This document shows, one piece after another, positions 10,190 to 19,768 of a DNA stretch of 64,000 nt. Both the position numbers and the translations under genes were made by a program. Origin of the DNA: Longimicrobiales bacterium. Lineage in GTDB: Bacteria; Gemmatimonadota; Gemmatimonadetes; Longimicrobiales; Gaopeijiaceae. The stretch lies in assembly GCA_965238005.1 (NCBI GenBank), contig OZ250165.1, positions 2,624,001 to 2,688,000 on the forward strand. Reading direction: 5' to 3'. Below the pieces are notes generated by a model, which was not told the DNA's origin, ran no database searches, and worked only from the letters and a program-made list of their open reading frames with translations. Position 1 is the first letter of the stretch; every line of letters begins with the position of its first letter.

Positions 10190-11589
10190 CAGCCGGTCTC
10201 CTCGGTCGCAAGGGCCCGAGCCAACTCGGCGAACCGCTCACCACGCTCCTCGTAGCTCTCGAACATGTCGAAGCTCGAACAGGCCGGAGAGAGGAGCACA
10301 ACGTCGCCCGGCCTCGCCGCGCCGGCGGCGGTCTGGACCACGGCGTCGAAGCCGACGCCGATCAGCTCGACCTGCACACGCTCCGCGAGGGCCTGCTGGA
10401 TCCGGGGACCGGCTTCGCCATACGCGAAGACGCGGGCGTCGGCGTCCACGAGAGCCGACACGAGGGGAGAGAAGTCCTCGTCCTTGTCCTTGCCACCCAA
10501 CAGGACGATGAGCGGACCCTCCAAGCTGGTGATCGCCCTCCGGGCCGCGGCCACGTTGGTGGCCTTGGAATCGTTGACCCACCGGATCCCCTTCCCTTCC
10601 GCCACCTGTTCCGTCCGGTGGGGTAGGGGTCGGGCGGTGGCCAAGCCGCGCTGAATGGCCGCCGTGGACGCCCGGGCCAGGCTGGCGACGGTAGCCGCCG
10701 CCAAGGCGTTCTCCACATTGTGGGCACCCAGCAGTCCGAAGCGAGCGACCGGGATCAGGGTCTCCCTCTCACCGGGCACCATTTCCAGAGTGAGGTCATC
10801 CCCATCGAGATAGGCCCCATGAACGCCGGTCTTCTCGGTGCTGAAGTGGTAGCGCTCCCCGGGGGCGCCGGCGGCCAGGTCGAGAACGGCCGGGTCGTCG
10901 TCGTTGAGGACCCACCGGCTGTCGTCATCGGCGTTCCGGAAGAGGTTGACCTTGTCCGCGTAGTACTCCTCCACGGACGCGTACCGGTCCAGGTGGTCCG
11001 GAGCCAGATTGGTCACCACGCCGATGTCGGGGCGGAGTCGATCGATGCCCGCGAGCTGGAACGAGCTCATCTCCACCACGTACCACGCCGGGCCACGGTC
11101 GCGAAGCGCCAGCTCCGAGGCCGCAGGTCCGAACGCCTGGCCGATGTTGCCGCCCAGGGCCACGTCCTGCCCATCACTCTCGAGCAGGTGCGCCACCAAA
11201 GCCGCAGTCGTGGTCTTGCCGTTCGTTCCAGTCACGACGATCAGTGGACCATCGAAGAACCGAAAGGCGAATTCAGGCTCAGAGATCCATCGTACGCCCC
11301 GCTCAGTGAGCTCTCTGAGCACCGGAGCATCCGGGGGGATTCCAGGACTGACCACCACGGTCTCTGCCATGGCGATTCGATCCATGGGGTGCTCCCCGAG
11401 ATCGACCTCGACCCCGAGTGCTCGGAGCTCGTCTGCACGAGCATGAGCTGCGGCGTCGCTGCGCAAATCCGAGACATGGACACTACCTCCTCGTTCGAGG
11501 GCCAAACGGGCCGCCGCCCTCCCGGACGCGGCCAAACCGACCACGGCGATCCGCTCGCCGTCCAAGCTTCCAACGCTTCCGTTCCTCAC
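10189..11589 (-). CDS. murD: UDP-MurNAc-L-Ala--D-Glu ligase
   Basis: VVSPGIP, TGTNGKTTT, EMSSFQL, NDSKATN, LLSPACSSFDMF; GTG start overlapping mraY stop. Confidence 0.95.
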   Translation of the reverse strand: MRNGSVGSLDGERIAVVGLAASGRAAARLALERGGSVHVSDLRSDAAAHARADELRALGVEVDLGEHPMDRIAMAETVVVSPGIPPDAPVLRELTERGVRWISEPEFAFRFFDGPLIVVTGTNGKTTTAALVAHLLESDGQDVALGGNIGQAFGPAASELALRDRGPAWYVVEMSSFQLAGIDRLRPDIGVVTNLAPDHLDRYASVEEYYADKVNLFRNADDDSRWVLNDDDPAVLDLAAGAPGERYHFSTEKTGVHGAYLDGDDLTLEMVPGERETLIPVARFGLLGAHNVENALAAATVASLARASTAAIQRGLATARPLPHRTEQVAEGKGIRWVNDSKATNVAAARRAITSLEGPLIVLLGGKDKDEDFSPLVSALVDADARVFAYGEAGPRIQQALAERVQVELIGVGFDAVVQTAAGAARPGDVVLLSPACSSFDMFESYEERGERFAELARALATEETG

Positions 11590-12692
11590 CGAATCTTGAG
11601 GGCGCTGAACGCCACCATCGCGGACAGGATTCCCATGATCCAAAACCGGACGACCACCTTGCTCTCGGGCCAACCCAACTGTTCGAAGTGGTGGTGTAGC
11701 GGAGCCATCTTGAAGAGCCGCTTCCCCGTCCCGTACTTGCGGGCCGTGTGCCGGAAGTAGCCGACCTGGAGCATCACCGAGAGAACTTCCACCACGAATA
11801 CCGCGCCCACGATGACGAGGAGGAACTCGGTCTTGAGCAGAATCGCCATGGCGCCGATGACCCCCCCCAGGGCCAGCGAGCCCGTATCGCCCATGAAGAC
11901 CTCGGCGGGGTGGCCATTGAACCACAGAAAGCCCAGGCATCCCCCCGTGAGACCAAGGGCCAGGATGGTGAGCTCCCCCGCCCCGGGGAGGTAGAACAGC
12001 CCCAGGTACTCCGAGCTGTCGACTCGGCCCAGGAGGTAGGCGAAGATCCCGAAGGTGGCCGCGGCGATGGCGGTGAGGCCTGCCGCGAGGCCGTCGAGGC
12101 CGTCGGTGATGTTCACCGCGTTGGAGCTCCCCGAGATGACGAAGGCCACGAAGGGCACGTAGGCCCACGGAGCGAAAAGGAGCGAGAGATCCGAGAAGAA
12201 CGGCAGCATCGTCCGGTTCGGATCCACCGGGGAGATCGGATGCAACAGCAGAAACAGTCCCAGGCTGAGCCCGAAGGCCCACTGGCCCGTCATCTTGTAG
12301 CGGGCCACGAGGCCCGCGGTGCGCCCCTGGACGACCTTGAGGTAGTCGTCCATGAAGCCGATGGCACCCATGGCCAGCAGCGTCAGGAGCGCCAGCATCG
12401 TGTACCAGTTCGTCAGCTCCGCCCAGAGCAGCGTGGACACGGCCGTGGACGCGAGGATCAACACGCCGCCCATGGTAGGCGTGCCGGCCTTCTCCAGGTG
12501 GGTCGCCGGCCCCTCGCTTCGAACGACCTGGCCGACCCGGAGCCGTGTGAGCGCCCGAATGGTCATGGGCCCCAGCACGAACGCGAGCATCAGGGACGTG
12601 ACCAGGGCGCCCGCCGCCCTGAACGTGATGAAGCGAAAGAGGTTGAAGACGATGTGGACGTCTGCCAGGCCGGGAAGCAGATGATAGAGCAT
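11586..12692 (-). CDS. mraY: Phospho-MurNAc-pentapeptide translocase
   Basis: KAGTPTMGG, NAVNITDGLDGLA, FMGDTGSL, APLHHHFE. Confidence 0.97.
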   Translation of the reverse strand: MLYHLLPGLADVHIVFNLFRFITFRAAGALVTSLMLAFVLGPMTIRALTRLRVGQVVRSEGPATHLEKAGTPTMGGVLILASTAVSTLLWAELTNWYTMLALLTLLAMGAIGFMDDYLKVVQGRTAGLVARYKMTGQWAFGLSLGLFLLLHPISPVDPNRTMLPFFSDLSLLFAPWAYVPFVAFVISGSSNAVNITDGLDGLAAGLTAIAAATFGIFAYLLGRVDSSEYLGLFYLPGAGELTILALGLTGGCLGFLWFNGHPAEVFMGDTGSLALGGVIGAMAILLKTEFLLVIVGAVFVVEVLSVMLQVGYFRHTARKYGTGKRLFKMAPLHHHFEQLGWPESKVVVRFWIMGILSAMVAFSALKIR

Positions 12693-14131
12693 CAGGCCTC
12701 CACCCCGCCGGGCACCGCTGCGGCTCCCCCGAAGTCCCTCTCGAACTCCGGGATCACCCGCTCCAGAGCGAACCCCCGCGAAGCCTTGATCAGAACCACT
12801 TCGTCACCGCCGAGACGACCCCTGAGCGCCCGGTACGCTTCCAGTGGATCGGCGATCGCGATGGGCTCGGGTCCGGTTGTGCCGGCGGCCATCCGATCCA
12901 CGGCACGGGCGAAATCGCCGGTGGCCACGACGAGATCGAGCCCTATCGTCCCGGCCTCTGCAAGGAGAGCCGCGTGCAGCTCGTCGCTCCGGCTCCCGAG
13001 CTCCAGCATGCTCCCCAGGAACGCCACCTTGGGGCGCCCGGGCTGGATGGCCACGAGCAGATCCAAAGCGGCCCGCGTGCTCTGTGGATTCGCGTTGTAG
13101 CAGTCCAGCAGCAGGGTCAGCCCATCCAGGTGCCGGACCTCGCCCCGCATTGAGCTCACTTTCAGGGAGCTGACGCCCCGGACCGCCTCGGCTGCCGGCA
13201 CGTCCAGCATGTCCGCCACGGTCAGGGCGAGAAGGGCGTTCGTCACCGAATGGCGACCGGGCACCCGCAGCCGCACGGGCTCGCCGTGCCACAGGAAGCT
13301 CCAGTTGCCCTGGTCGTCCATGGTCGCGTCATCCGGCTGGAGCTGGGCGTCGGCCCCCTCGCTCCATCCGGCCACCCTGACCCGCGGGCGGATCCGCCGC
13401 GCTTCCTCGGGCAGGATCGGTGGCTCGTCACCCACCACCGCCCTCCCGTCCTCCTGGAGCCCGCGGAGCAGGTCGAGCTTCTCCATGAGCACGCCCTCAA
13501 GAGACTCCAGCTTCTCGATGTGCGTTTCCGAGACGGTGGTGACGACGCCGATCTCGGGTCCCGCGATCTCGGTGAGGGTGCGGATCTCTCCTGGCTCGTT
13601 GGTGCCCATCTCCAGGACCACCACCTCGGCGTCGTCGGGCGCGTCGAGCAGCGTGAGTGGCAAGCCCACCCGGTTATTGAGGTTCCCACGGGTGGCGTGG
13701 AGCCTACGCGACCCCTCGAGGGCGGCCCGCGTGAGGTCCTTGGTGCCCGTCTTTCCCGACGACCCGGTGATGCCGACAACGGCGGCCCTCAGGTGAGTGC
13801 GACGGTAGCCGGCCAGCCGGCCCAGCGCATCAACGGTGTCGTCCACCGGATAGAGTCGGGGGTTGTCTCCCACCTCGAGGTCCCGAGACACGACCGCACC
13901 GCGTGCGCCTCGCTTCAGGGCCGCGATCACGTAGTCGTGACCGTCGAAGTTGTCGCCCTCCAGGGCGACGAAGAGGTCTCCCTCGCGAGCCGTGCGGCTA
14001 TCCGTGGAGACTCCTCCGAAGCGAAGGGCGCCGTCTGCGTCGGAGGTGAGGCCCTGGGCGGCGCCGTCGACGGATGCCAGGCCCAATGCGGCTCTGACGT
14101 GACCATCCGTCCACGCGAAGCCCCCCGTCAT
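12692..14131 (-). CDS. murF: UDP-MurNAc-tripeptide--D-Ala-D-Ala ligase
   Basis: TDSR, ITGSSGKT, NLNNRVGLP, DCYNANP, KASRG. Confidence 0.95.
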   Translation of the reverse strand: MTGGFAWTDGHVRAALGLASVDGAAQGLTSDADGALRFGGVSTDSRTAREGDLFVALEGDNFDGHDYVIAALKRGARGAVVSRDLEVGDNPRLYPVDDTVDALGRLAGYRRTHLRAAVVGITGSSGKTGTKDLTRAALEGSRRLHATRGNLNNRVGLPLTLLDAPDDAEVVVLEMGTNEPGEIRTLTEIAGPEIGVVTTVSETHIEKLESLEGVLMEKLDLLRGLQEDGRAVVGDEPPILPEEARRIRPRVRVAGWSEGADAQLQPDDATMDDQGNWSFLWHGEPVRLRVPGRHSVTNALLALTVADMLDVPAAEAVRGVSSLKVSSMRGEVRHLDGLTLLLDCYNANPQSTRAALDLLVAIQPGRPKVAFLGSMLELGSRSDELHAALLAEAGTIGLDLVVATGDFARAVDRMAAGTTGPEPIAIADPLEAYRALRGRLGGDEVVLIKASRGFALERVIPEFERDFGGAAAVPGGVEA

Positions 14132-15612
14132 GCCGCACCTCCGAGCTCGGCCAGGCTCTCCTGAACGATTCGACGCTCATCGAAGGGGCTACTCTCGGTG
14201 CCGATGACCTGGTAGCTCTCGTGGCCTTTGCCGGCGAGAAGGACCAGGTCTCCGGCGCGCGCCGCAGCAAGAGCCATTCTGATGGCCTCGGGGCGGTCCG
14301 CGTGGCGCTCATAGCGGGAACCCGCCATTCCGGCGACGACGTCGTCGATGATAGACTCGGGGTCTTCAGTCCTCGGATTGTCGGACGTCACTACGGCCAG
14401 ATCGGCGCCCTGGGCTACCGCAGCACCCATCTTCGGCCGCTTGCCCCGATCTCGATCGCCGCCGGCCCCGAAGACCACGATGAGCCGTCCGGACGTCAGG
14501 GGCCTGAGGGTGGCCAGAACGCTGCGCAGCGCCTCGGCCGTGTGAGCGAAGTCGATGAGGATGGAGAACGGGTCGCGGACTACGATCTCGAGGCGGCCCG
14601 GCACCTGCGGGACGGTTTGGAGTCGTGCGGCGATCGCCTCCACTCCCATCCCCGCCGCCGTCCCCGCCCCCGCGGCGGCCAACGAGTTCTCGACGTTGAA
14701 GCGCCCGAGAAGCGGGAGGTTCACCTCGGCGCCCTCGTCGGCCAGAGCGATGCGGAACCGCGTCCCATGTGGCTCGGGCGCGAGGGCCTCGGCCCTCAGG
14801 TCCGCGGGGGAATCCACGCCGTAGGTCAACGTGCGACGCCCCTCCAAGGGCAGCGACCGCCAATGGTCCGCGTCGGCGTTGACGACCGTCAGCCCGTCCT
14901 CCTTCACCAGATCCAGAAGGAGGGACTTGGCGCCCAGATAGCTCGCCATGTCCGGGTGATAGTCCAGGTGATCCTGGGAGAGGTTGGTGAACACGGCAGC
15001 GTCGAAGCGCATTCCGGCGAGCCTCTTCTGCTCCAGGGCATGGGATGACGCCTCGACGGCAACGGAGTCGACACCCTCTTCCACCAGCCCACCGAGCCAT
15101 TGGGACAGCTGAACCGGTCCCGGGGTGGTGAGCCCCTCTGTGCCGGCCCGGACGGCACCGTCGGCCTCTACCAACCCGAGTGTTCCGATGGCGACGGCCG
15201 GTCCGGAGTCCTCCAGGAGATGTCGCGTGATTAGCGCCGTTGTGGTCTTCCCGTTCGTTCCGGTGATCCCGACCGTGAACAGATCTTGCCAGGGGGATCC
15301 GAGGATCGTGTCGGCGGCCAGGGCGGCAGCGCGCCGTCCATCCGACACCTGCAGCTGGGGGATCCCGGCCTCCGGCACGTGGCGCTCGACCACCGCGGCT
15401 ACAGCTCCGGCCCGGGCGGCAGGAGCGACGAAGTCGTGGGCGTCCCACTCGGATCCGCGCCATGCGAGGAACAGGTCCCCAGCCTTCACGGACCGTGAGT
15501 CTTGGGTAACTCCCGAAACGGCCACGTCCTCCTGACCGTGGAGCTCGTCTACGAGGCCCGCAGTCCGGAGCACTCTCGCTACCGAGGCGAGGGAGGTAGT
15601 AGCGTTAGCCAT
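14128..15612 (-). CDS. murE: UDP-MurNAc-dipeptide--meso-DAP ligase
   Basis: TGTNGKTT, FTNLSQDHLDYH, DNPR (DAP-type), AGKGHE. Confidence 0.95.
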   Translation of the reverse strand: MANATTSLASVARVLRTAGLVDELHGQEDVAVSGVTQDSRSVKAGDLFLAWRGSEWDAHDFVAPAARAGAVAAVVERHVPEAGIPQLQVSDGRRAAALAADTILGSPWQDLFTVGITGTNGKTTTALITRHLLEDSGPAVAIGTLGLVEADGAVRAGTEGLTTPGPVQLSQWLGGLVEEGVDSVAVEASSHALEQKRLAGMRFDAAVFTNLSQDHLDYHPDMASYLGAKSLLLDLVKEDGLTVVNADADHWRSLPLEGRRTLTYGVDSPADLRAEALAPEPHGTRFRIALADEGAEVNLPLLGRFNVENSLAAAGAGTAAGMGVEAIAARLQTVPQVPGRLEIVVRDPFSILIDFAHTAEALRSVLATLRPLTSGRLIVVFGAGGDRDRGKRPKMGAAVAQGADLAVVTSDNPRTEDPESIIDDVVAGMAGSRYERHADRPEAIRMALAAARAGDLVLLAGKGHESYQVIGTESSPFDERRIVQESLAELGGAA

Positions 15613-17656
15613 CCCCCCTCCGTCCCGTCGATGCGAGGCGCACCGTATCTCCGGGTTCCAGTCGGGACCCGGCCTCGGGAAGCGTGAGCGTCACCGGACC
15701 CGAGCCCTCCCAGCGGACACGCAGTCCCAACTCGTGCATCCGCCGGGCCGCGGCTCGGGCCGGCAACCCCGTGACGTCCGGCATGGTGACGCCGCCAGAG
15801 CCGTCAGGCATGTCGGGCCCTCGATCCGCCGCATGCCCCACTTCTGAGTCGAAGCGCACGAGCCGCGCCGGATCCGCGGCGGCCGGGAGTGACGTGAAGC
15901 GAGACGCCGTCGAGGATCCGCTCGACGGAGCCGTTTCCGGACGAGTCCTGGACGCGCCCGGGAGGGCCTGAGCCCGTGCGACGAGAGCCAGCGCGTTGCG
16001 GTCCAGCGGTGTCTGTTGGGCCGCCAGGATGGACTCCAGCGTCGCACGCGTGACAGGAGCGGCCGTGGCTCCTCCGTAGTACGCACCGCTGGGTCGATCC
16101 AGCTTGACCAGCACCACGAGCTGTGGATCCTCGGCGGGGAAGAACCCGGCGAACGACGAGAAGTATTCCCCCGACTGGTAGCCGCCATCCGACCACGCCC
16201 GGCTAGTGCCGCTCTTCCCGGCCACCGCGAACGTGCTGAGCCTGGCGCGCGTTCCCGTGCCGTCCTCCACGACGTTCACGAGGACGTCCGCGACCTGCCG
16301 GGCCACCGATGGCGACACGACCTGCCGCACCATCCGTGGCTGAAACCGATCGACGGTCCGGCCCTGGGCGTCGCGGACCTCCTTCACGAGCCGGGGCTGC
16401 ATGAGGCGGCCGCCGTTGGCCAGGGCACCGTACGCCATGGCCATCTGGAGGGGCGTGACCGACACCTCGTAACCGATGGCGAGGGAGACGGGGGACTGGC
16501 GGCTCCACCGCTCAGGGCGCCGGAGAGTGCCCTTGCCCTCGCTCGGCAGCCCGACTCCCGTGGGCGCCCCGAGCCCGAAGTCCCTCAGAGTCTGGTACTG
16601 GATGGCCGGAGTCATGACCTGGGCGGTCTTCGCCACGCCGACGTTGGAAGAGATCTCGAGCGCATGGGCGAGGGTCATCACACCGCCCTCGGGGTGGACG
16701 TCGCTCACCGTTCGACCTTCCACGGTCCAGTGACCGGTCCCCGTATCGACGCTGTCCTCGAGAGTGACGAGTCCGTACTCCAGGAGACCGGCGACCGTGA
16801 AGGGCTTGAGGGTCGAACCGGGCTCGTACGGAGTGTTGATGGCGGACAGCGCGCTGGTGGACCCGTCCCGTATGGAGACCATGGCCAGGATGTCCCCGGT
16901 GCGTGGGTCGGTGATCACCAGGTCGCCGCCCCGGGCTTCCGTCTCCTTAACCGCCTCCACGAGGGCCTGGCGGCCGATCTCCTGCAGATCCACGTCGAGG
17001 GTGAGGACGACCTGGCCGCCCTCTTCAGGCTCCTTGACCAGAACGCTCTCGCCGGGAATGGGATGGCCCTGAGGATCACGCGCCAGGACGGCCCTACCCT
17101 CGCTGCCCCTGAGGGACTCGTCGAAGGCCTGCTCCACCCCCCCGTACGCCTCGCCGTCCCGAACCACGCCCAGGAGCCCGCGCGCCAATCCTCCGCGGGG
17201 GTAGAAGCGACGGTACTTACGTTCCAGGTACAGGCCGCGAACGTTCGTCAGGGCCTCACGCACCGAGGGAGGATAGGAATTCGGCAGGACCCGCCACGGC
17301 CTCGACGAGGTCGTGGCATCTCGCACTAGGTCCCCGCTGAGCCCCAACGTCTCGGTCAGGAGCCGTGTGACGGCCTCCACGTCCCGAATCTCCCGCGGCG
17401 CCACGCTCACCCTGAAGGTCTCCCGGCTCATGGCGAGCTCGACCCCTGAGCGGTCGAGGACGGACCCTCGCGGGGCCGCCACCTCGACGCTGGTCCGGTG
17501 CTGCTGCTCGGCCTGCTGCCTCCAGATCGCTCCCTGGGCAACCTGGATCTGCGAGGCCCGACCGACGACAACACCCCCTGAGAGGAGCCAAACGGTGAGA
17601 AGAACGCGTCGCCGGAACGTCACCTTGGAGCCGGCCTGCTTGCGCCGCCGCCTCAT
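15605..17656 (-). CDS. ftsI: Class B penicillin-binding protein FtsI with C-terminal PASTA-like domain
   Basis: EPGSTLK (SxxK), SSN (SxN), KSGT; start at ATG overlapping ftsL stop. Confidence 0.92.
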   Translation of the reverse strand: MRRRRKQAGSKVTFRRRVLLTVWLLSGGVVVGRASQIQVAQGAIWRQQAEQQHRTSVEVAAPRGSVLDRSGVELAMSRETFRVSVAPREIRDVEAVTRLLTETLGLSGDLVRDATTSSRPWRVLPNSYPPSVREALTNVRGLYLERKYRRFYPRGGLARGLLGVVRDGEAYGGVEQAFDESLRGSEGRAVLARDPQGHPIPGESVLVKEPEEGGQVVLTLDVDLQEIGRQALVEAVKETEARGGDLVITDPRTGDILAMVSIRDGSTSALSAINTPYEPGSTLKPFTVAGLLEYGLVTLEDSVDTGTGHWTVEGRTVSDVHPEGGVMTLAHALEISSNVGVAKTAQVMTPAIQYQTLRDFGLGAPTGVGLPSEGKGTLRRPERWSRQSPVSLAIGYEVSVTPLQMAMAYGALANGGRLMQPRLVKEVRDAQGRTVDRFQPRMVRQVVSPSVARQVADVLVNVVEDGTGTRARLSTFAVAGKSGTSRAWSDGGYQSGEYFSSFAGFFPAEDPQLVVLVKLDRPSGAYYGGATAAPVTRATLESILAAQQTPLDRNALALVARAQALPGASRTRPETAPSSGSSTASRFTSLPAAADPARLVRFDSEVGHAADRGPDMPDGSGGVTMPDVTGLPARAAARRMHELGLRVRWEGSGPVTLTLPEAGSRLEPGDTVRLASTGRRGDG

Positions 17657-17949
17657 GGGGCTCCTCCGGTGAGCAGGACCATCTCCGACGCGTCGGGCTG
17701 GTGCATGCCGAGGCGCTCCACTGCCACGGTCGAGATCCGCGTCCTGCTCTCGAGATGCTGGATCCGGCGCTCCAGCTCCGTCTGCTCTGCCGTTGCGAGA
17801 GACAGCTCGCGTCGCACCTCGTCCAGGGCCGCCAGGCCCTCGAAGGCCCTGCTCTGGCGCCACGTCACCAAGCTCAGGGAGGCCAGCAGGCCGGCGAATC
17901 CGAGGCCCAGGAGGCTGGGCACGCCCCAACTGCGCTGTCGCCACCTCAC
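17653..17949 (-). CDS. ftsL: Cell division protein FtsL
   Basis: Short TM plus coiled coil ending ..ERLGM..; between rsmH and ftsI. Confidence 0.75.
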   Translation of the reverse strand: MRWRQRSWGVPSLLGLGFAGLLASLSLVTWRQSRAFEGLAALDEVRRELSLATAEQTELERRIQHLESRTRISTVAVERLGMHQPDASEMVLLTGGAP

Positions 17950-18920
17950 GATCTCCTCCAGGCCCTAAGGCGGGCGCTGCGGGCTCGTGGATTACGGACC
18001 ACCTCGATCTCGCTCGGACCGAGCGGGGCGCGCGTCAACGTGCTTCCGAGGGGCTCACCACGGCACGTGCAGACCGGGAAACCCGGAGGGCACACACACG
18101 AGCGGCTCCACTCCCGAAACGCGTTCTTCACCAGCCGATCCTCCAGCGAGTGATACGAGATCACCACGAGGGTAGCCCCAGGGCTCAGTGCCTCCCGGAT
18201 TCTCGTAAGGCCGTGCTCCAGGGCCTCCAGCTCTCTGTTCACAGCTATTCTCAATGCCTGGAAGAGCCTTGCCTTCTCCTTCGCCTTGGGCGTGCGGCCC
18301 AGCGCTCTGGAGTAGGCTGCCACGAGGTCGTCGCTGGTCCGGAAGGGCGCGTCGACCCTGCGGCCCACCACCTCCCGCGCCAGCCGGCGTGCCCGGGGCT
18401 CTTCTCCGTACTCATGGAAGATTCGGGCCAGATCGCCCTCGCTGGCCTCGTTCAGGATCTGGGCCGCAGTCGGGACCTCCTCTTCCCCGCCCGCCATGCG
18501 CATGTCGAGGTCGACGTCCCGACGGAAGGCGAATCCCCTTTCGTCGGCATCGAGCTGGTGGGAGCTCACACCCAGGTCCAGGAGCGCCCCGGCCAGCGGC
18601 TCGACCGGCGACGCCTCGTCGAGCGCTTCATCGAAGCGCGCCTGCAGGAATCGGACTCGTCCGCCGAACTGGGCCAGAGCGGCCTCTGCCGCAGCCAGCG
18701 CTTCGGGGTCACGATCCACGGCGATGACCCGGCACTCTGCGCACATCTCGAGCAGCAGACGGGAATGCCCACCTCCGCCCACAGTTCCGTCCAGGTAGAG
18801 GCCGGACCCGGACGGCTCCATCAACTCCATCACCTCGGTGGCCATGACCGGCTCGTGATATCGCACTCGATGCTCCGCCCGTTCGGTTACCGTCTCAGCG
18901 GCTCGCATGATGAGAGCCAC
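17946..18920 (-). CDS. rsmH: 16S rRNA m4C1402 methyltransferase
   Basis: HEPVM, DGTVGGGGHS, DLGVSSHQLD, ISYHSLEDRLVK, NPRARSARLR; start uncertain. Confidence 0.96.
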   Translation of the reverse strand: MALIMRAAETVTERAEHRVRYHEPVMATEVMELMEPSGSGLYLDGTVGGGGHSRLLLEMCAECRVIAVDRDPEALAAAEAALAQFGGRVRFLQARFDEALDEASPVEPLAGALLDLGVSSHQLDADERGFAFRRDVDLDMRMAGGEEEVPTAAQILNEASEGDLARIFHEYGEEPRARRLAREVVGRRVDAPFRTSDDLVAAYSRALGRTPKAKEKARLFQALRIAVNRELEALEHGLTRIREALSPGATLVVISYHSLEDRLVKNAFREWSRSCVCPPGFPVCTCRGEPLGSTLTRAPLGPSEIEVVRNPRARSARLRAWRRS

Positions 18921-18923
18921 GGG

Positions 18924-19364
18924 TCACCCGAAGATCTGGTTGGAGAACTTCTCGAACTCTCCGGTCCCGGTCCGGACCGCCTCATCGAAGCGCGCCGGAT
19001 TCCAGAGCTCCACGCGGTCGATGTTACCGACGAGCAAGACCCGTTCCTCCAGGCTCGCCGCCTCCTGCAACCACGCCGGGACGAGGATGCGTCCTTGCTT
19101 GTCCGGGGTGACCTCCACAGCGCTCGCCGCGATGGCGAGTACGTCTCCCCAGGCCTCCGGCTGGTTCCGGCGGAACGTGAGCAGGCGCTCCTGGGTCTGG
19201 GCCCAGGCGCGCTGGGGAAAGAGCGTGAGAGCAGGCGGTTTCCACTGGAGCAGCACGAAGCGGTCGCCCTTGGCCTCCCGGCGAAACGCCGAGGGCAAGC
19301 TGACCCGCCCCTTCTGGTCCAGTTGGTACACGTATCTGCCCAGAAAACTCGTCACACGTGTCAC
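18924..19364 (-). CDS. mraZ: Transcriptional regulator MraZ
   Basis: Two DxxGR motifs (DQKGR, DKQGR), ELW; heads the dcw operon. Confidence 0.95.
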   Translation of the reverse strand: MTRVTSFLGRYVYQLDQKGRVSLPSAFRREAKGDRFVLLQWKPPALTLFPQRAWAQTQERLLTFRRNQPEAWGDVLAIAASAVEVTPDKQGRILVPAWLQEAASLEERVLLVGNIDRVELWNPARFDEAVRTGTGEFEKFSNQIFG

Positions 19365-19367
19365 TCT

Positions 19368-19401
19368 GTGGGTAAGTGTGGTGAAAAGTGGTAAGCACTG
19401 G
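19368..19401. promoter_or_regulatory. Candidate MraZ operator, GTGG repeats at 10-bp spacing
   Basis: Plus-strand GTGG at 19368, 19378, 19388 and CTGG at 19398, between the -10 box and the mraZ start. Confidence 0.6.
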
Positions 19402-19405
19402 ACCC

Positions 19406-19435
19406 ATAATACGACCGGGCTTAGAGGACAGTCAA
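19406..19435 (-). promoter_or_regulatory. Sigma70-like dcw promoter
   Basis: Minus strand TTGACT-N18-TATTAT upstream of mraZ. Confidence 0.6.
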
Positions 19436-19768
19436 GCCTTTTTGTGAGAGATAGTTTTCGGTTTTTCTTTGGGGTCCGGATTCAGATGGGAACCCTGCAA
19501 GAGACCACTGCTCAGATACTTAGGGCTCTGGACCTCGTCCCGGCTGGGAGGCGTATTCAGGAAGTTTCGGGAGACGTTTTCCGGTAAACTCCGCCCTCCC
19601 CACTCCTCCCCACCACTCGACGTGTTCCCCTGGGGGTGGAAGGGCGGCAGCCAGGACGGTGGGATTCCCTGGAAGACACAGGCAGGCCGGACGTATGGCC
19701 ACCAAAGAAAAAGTGCCGCAGGGAGCGATCCCCACGGCGCTTTTTCGCGCGACTCTGAGCGGTGAACC

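Noticed and set aside
6428..17944. Apparent long N-terminal extensions of MurC (783 aa), MurD (697 aa) and FtsI (779 aa)
   Set aside because: Extensions overlap upstream genes in another frame; better starts lie at stop/start overlaps
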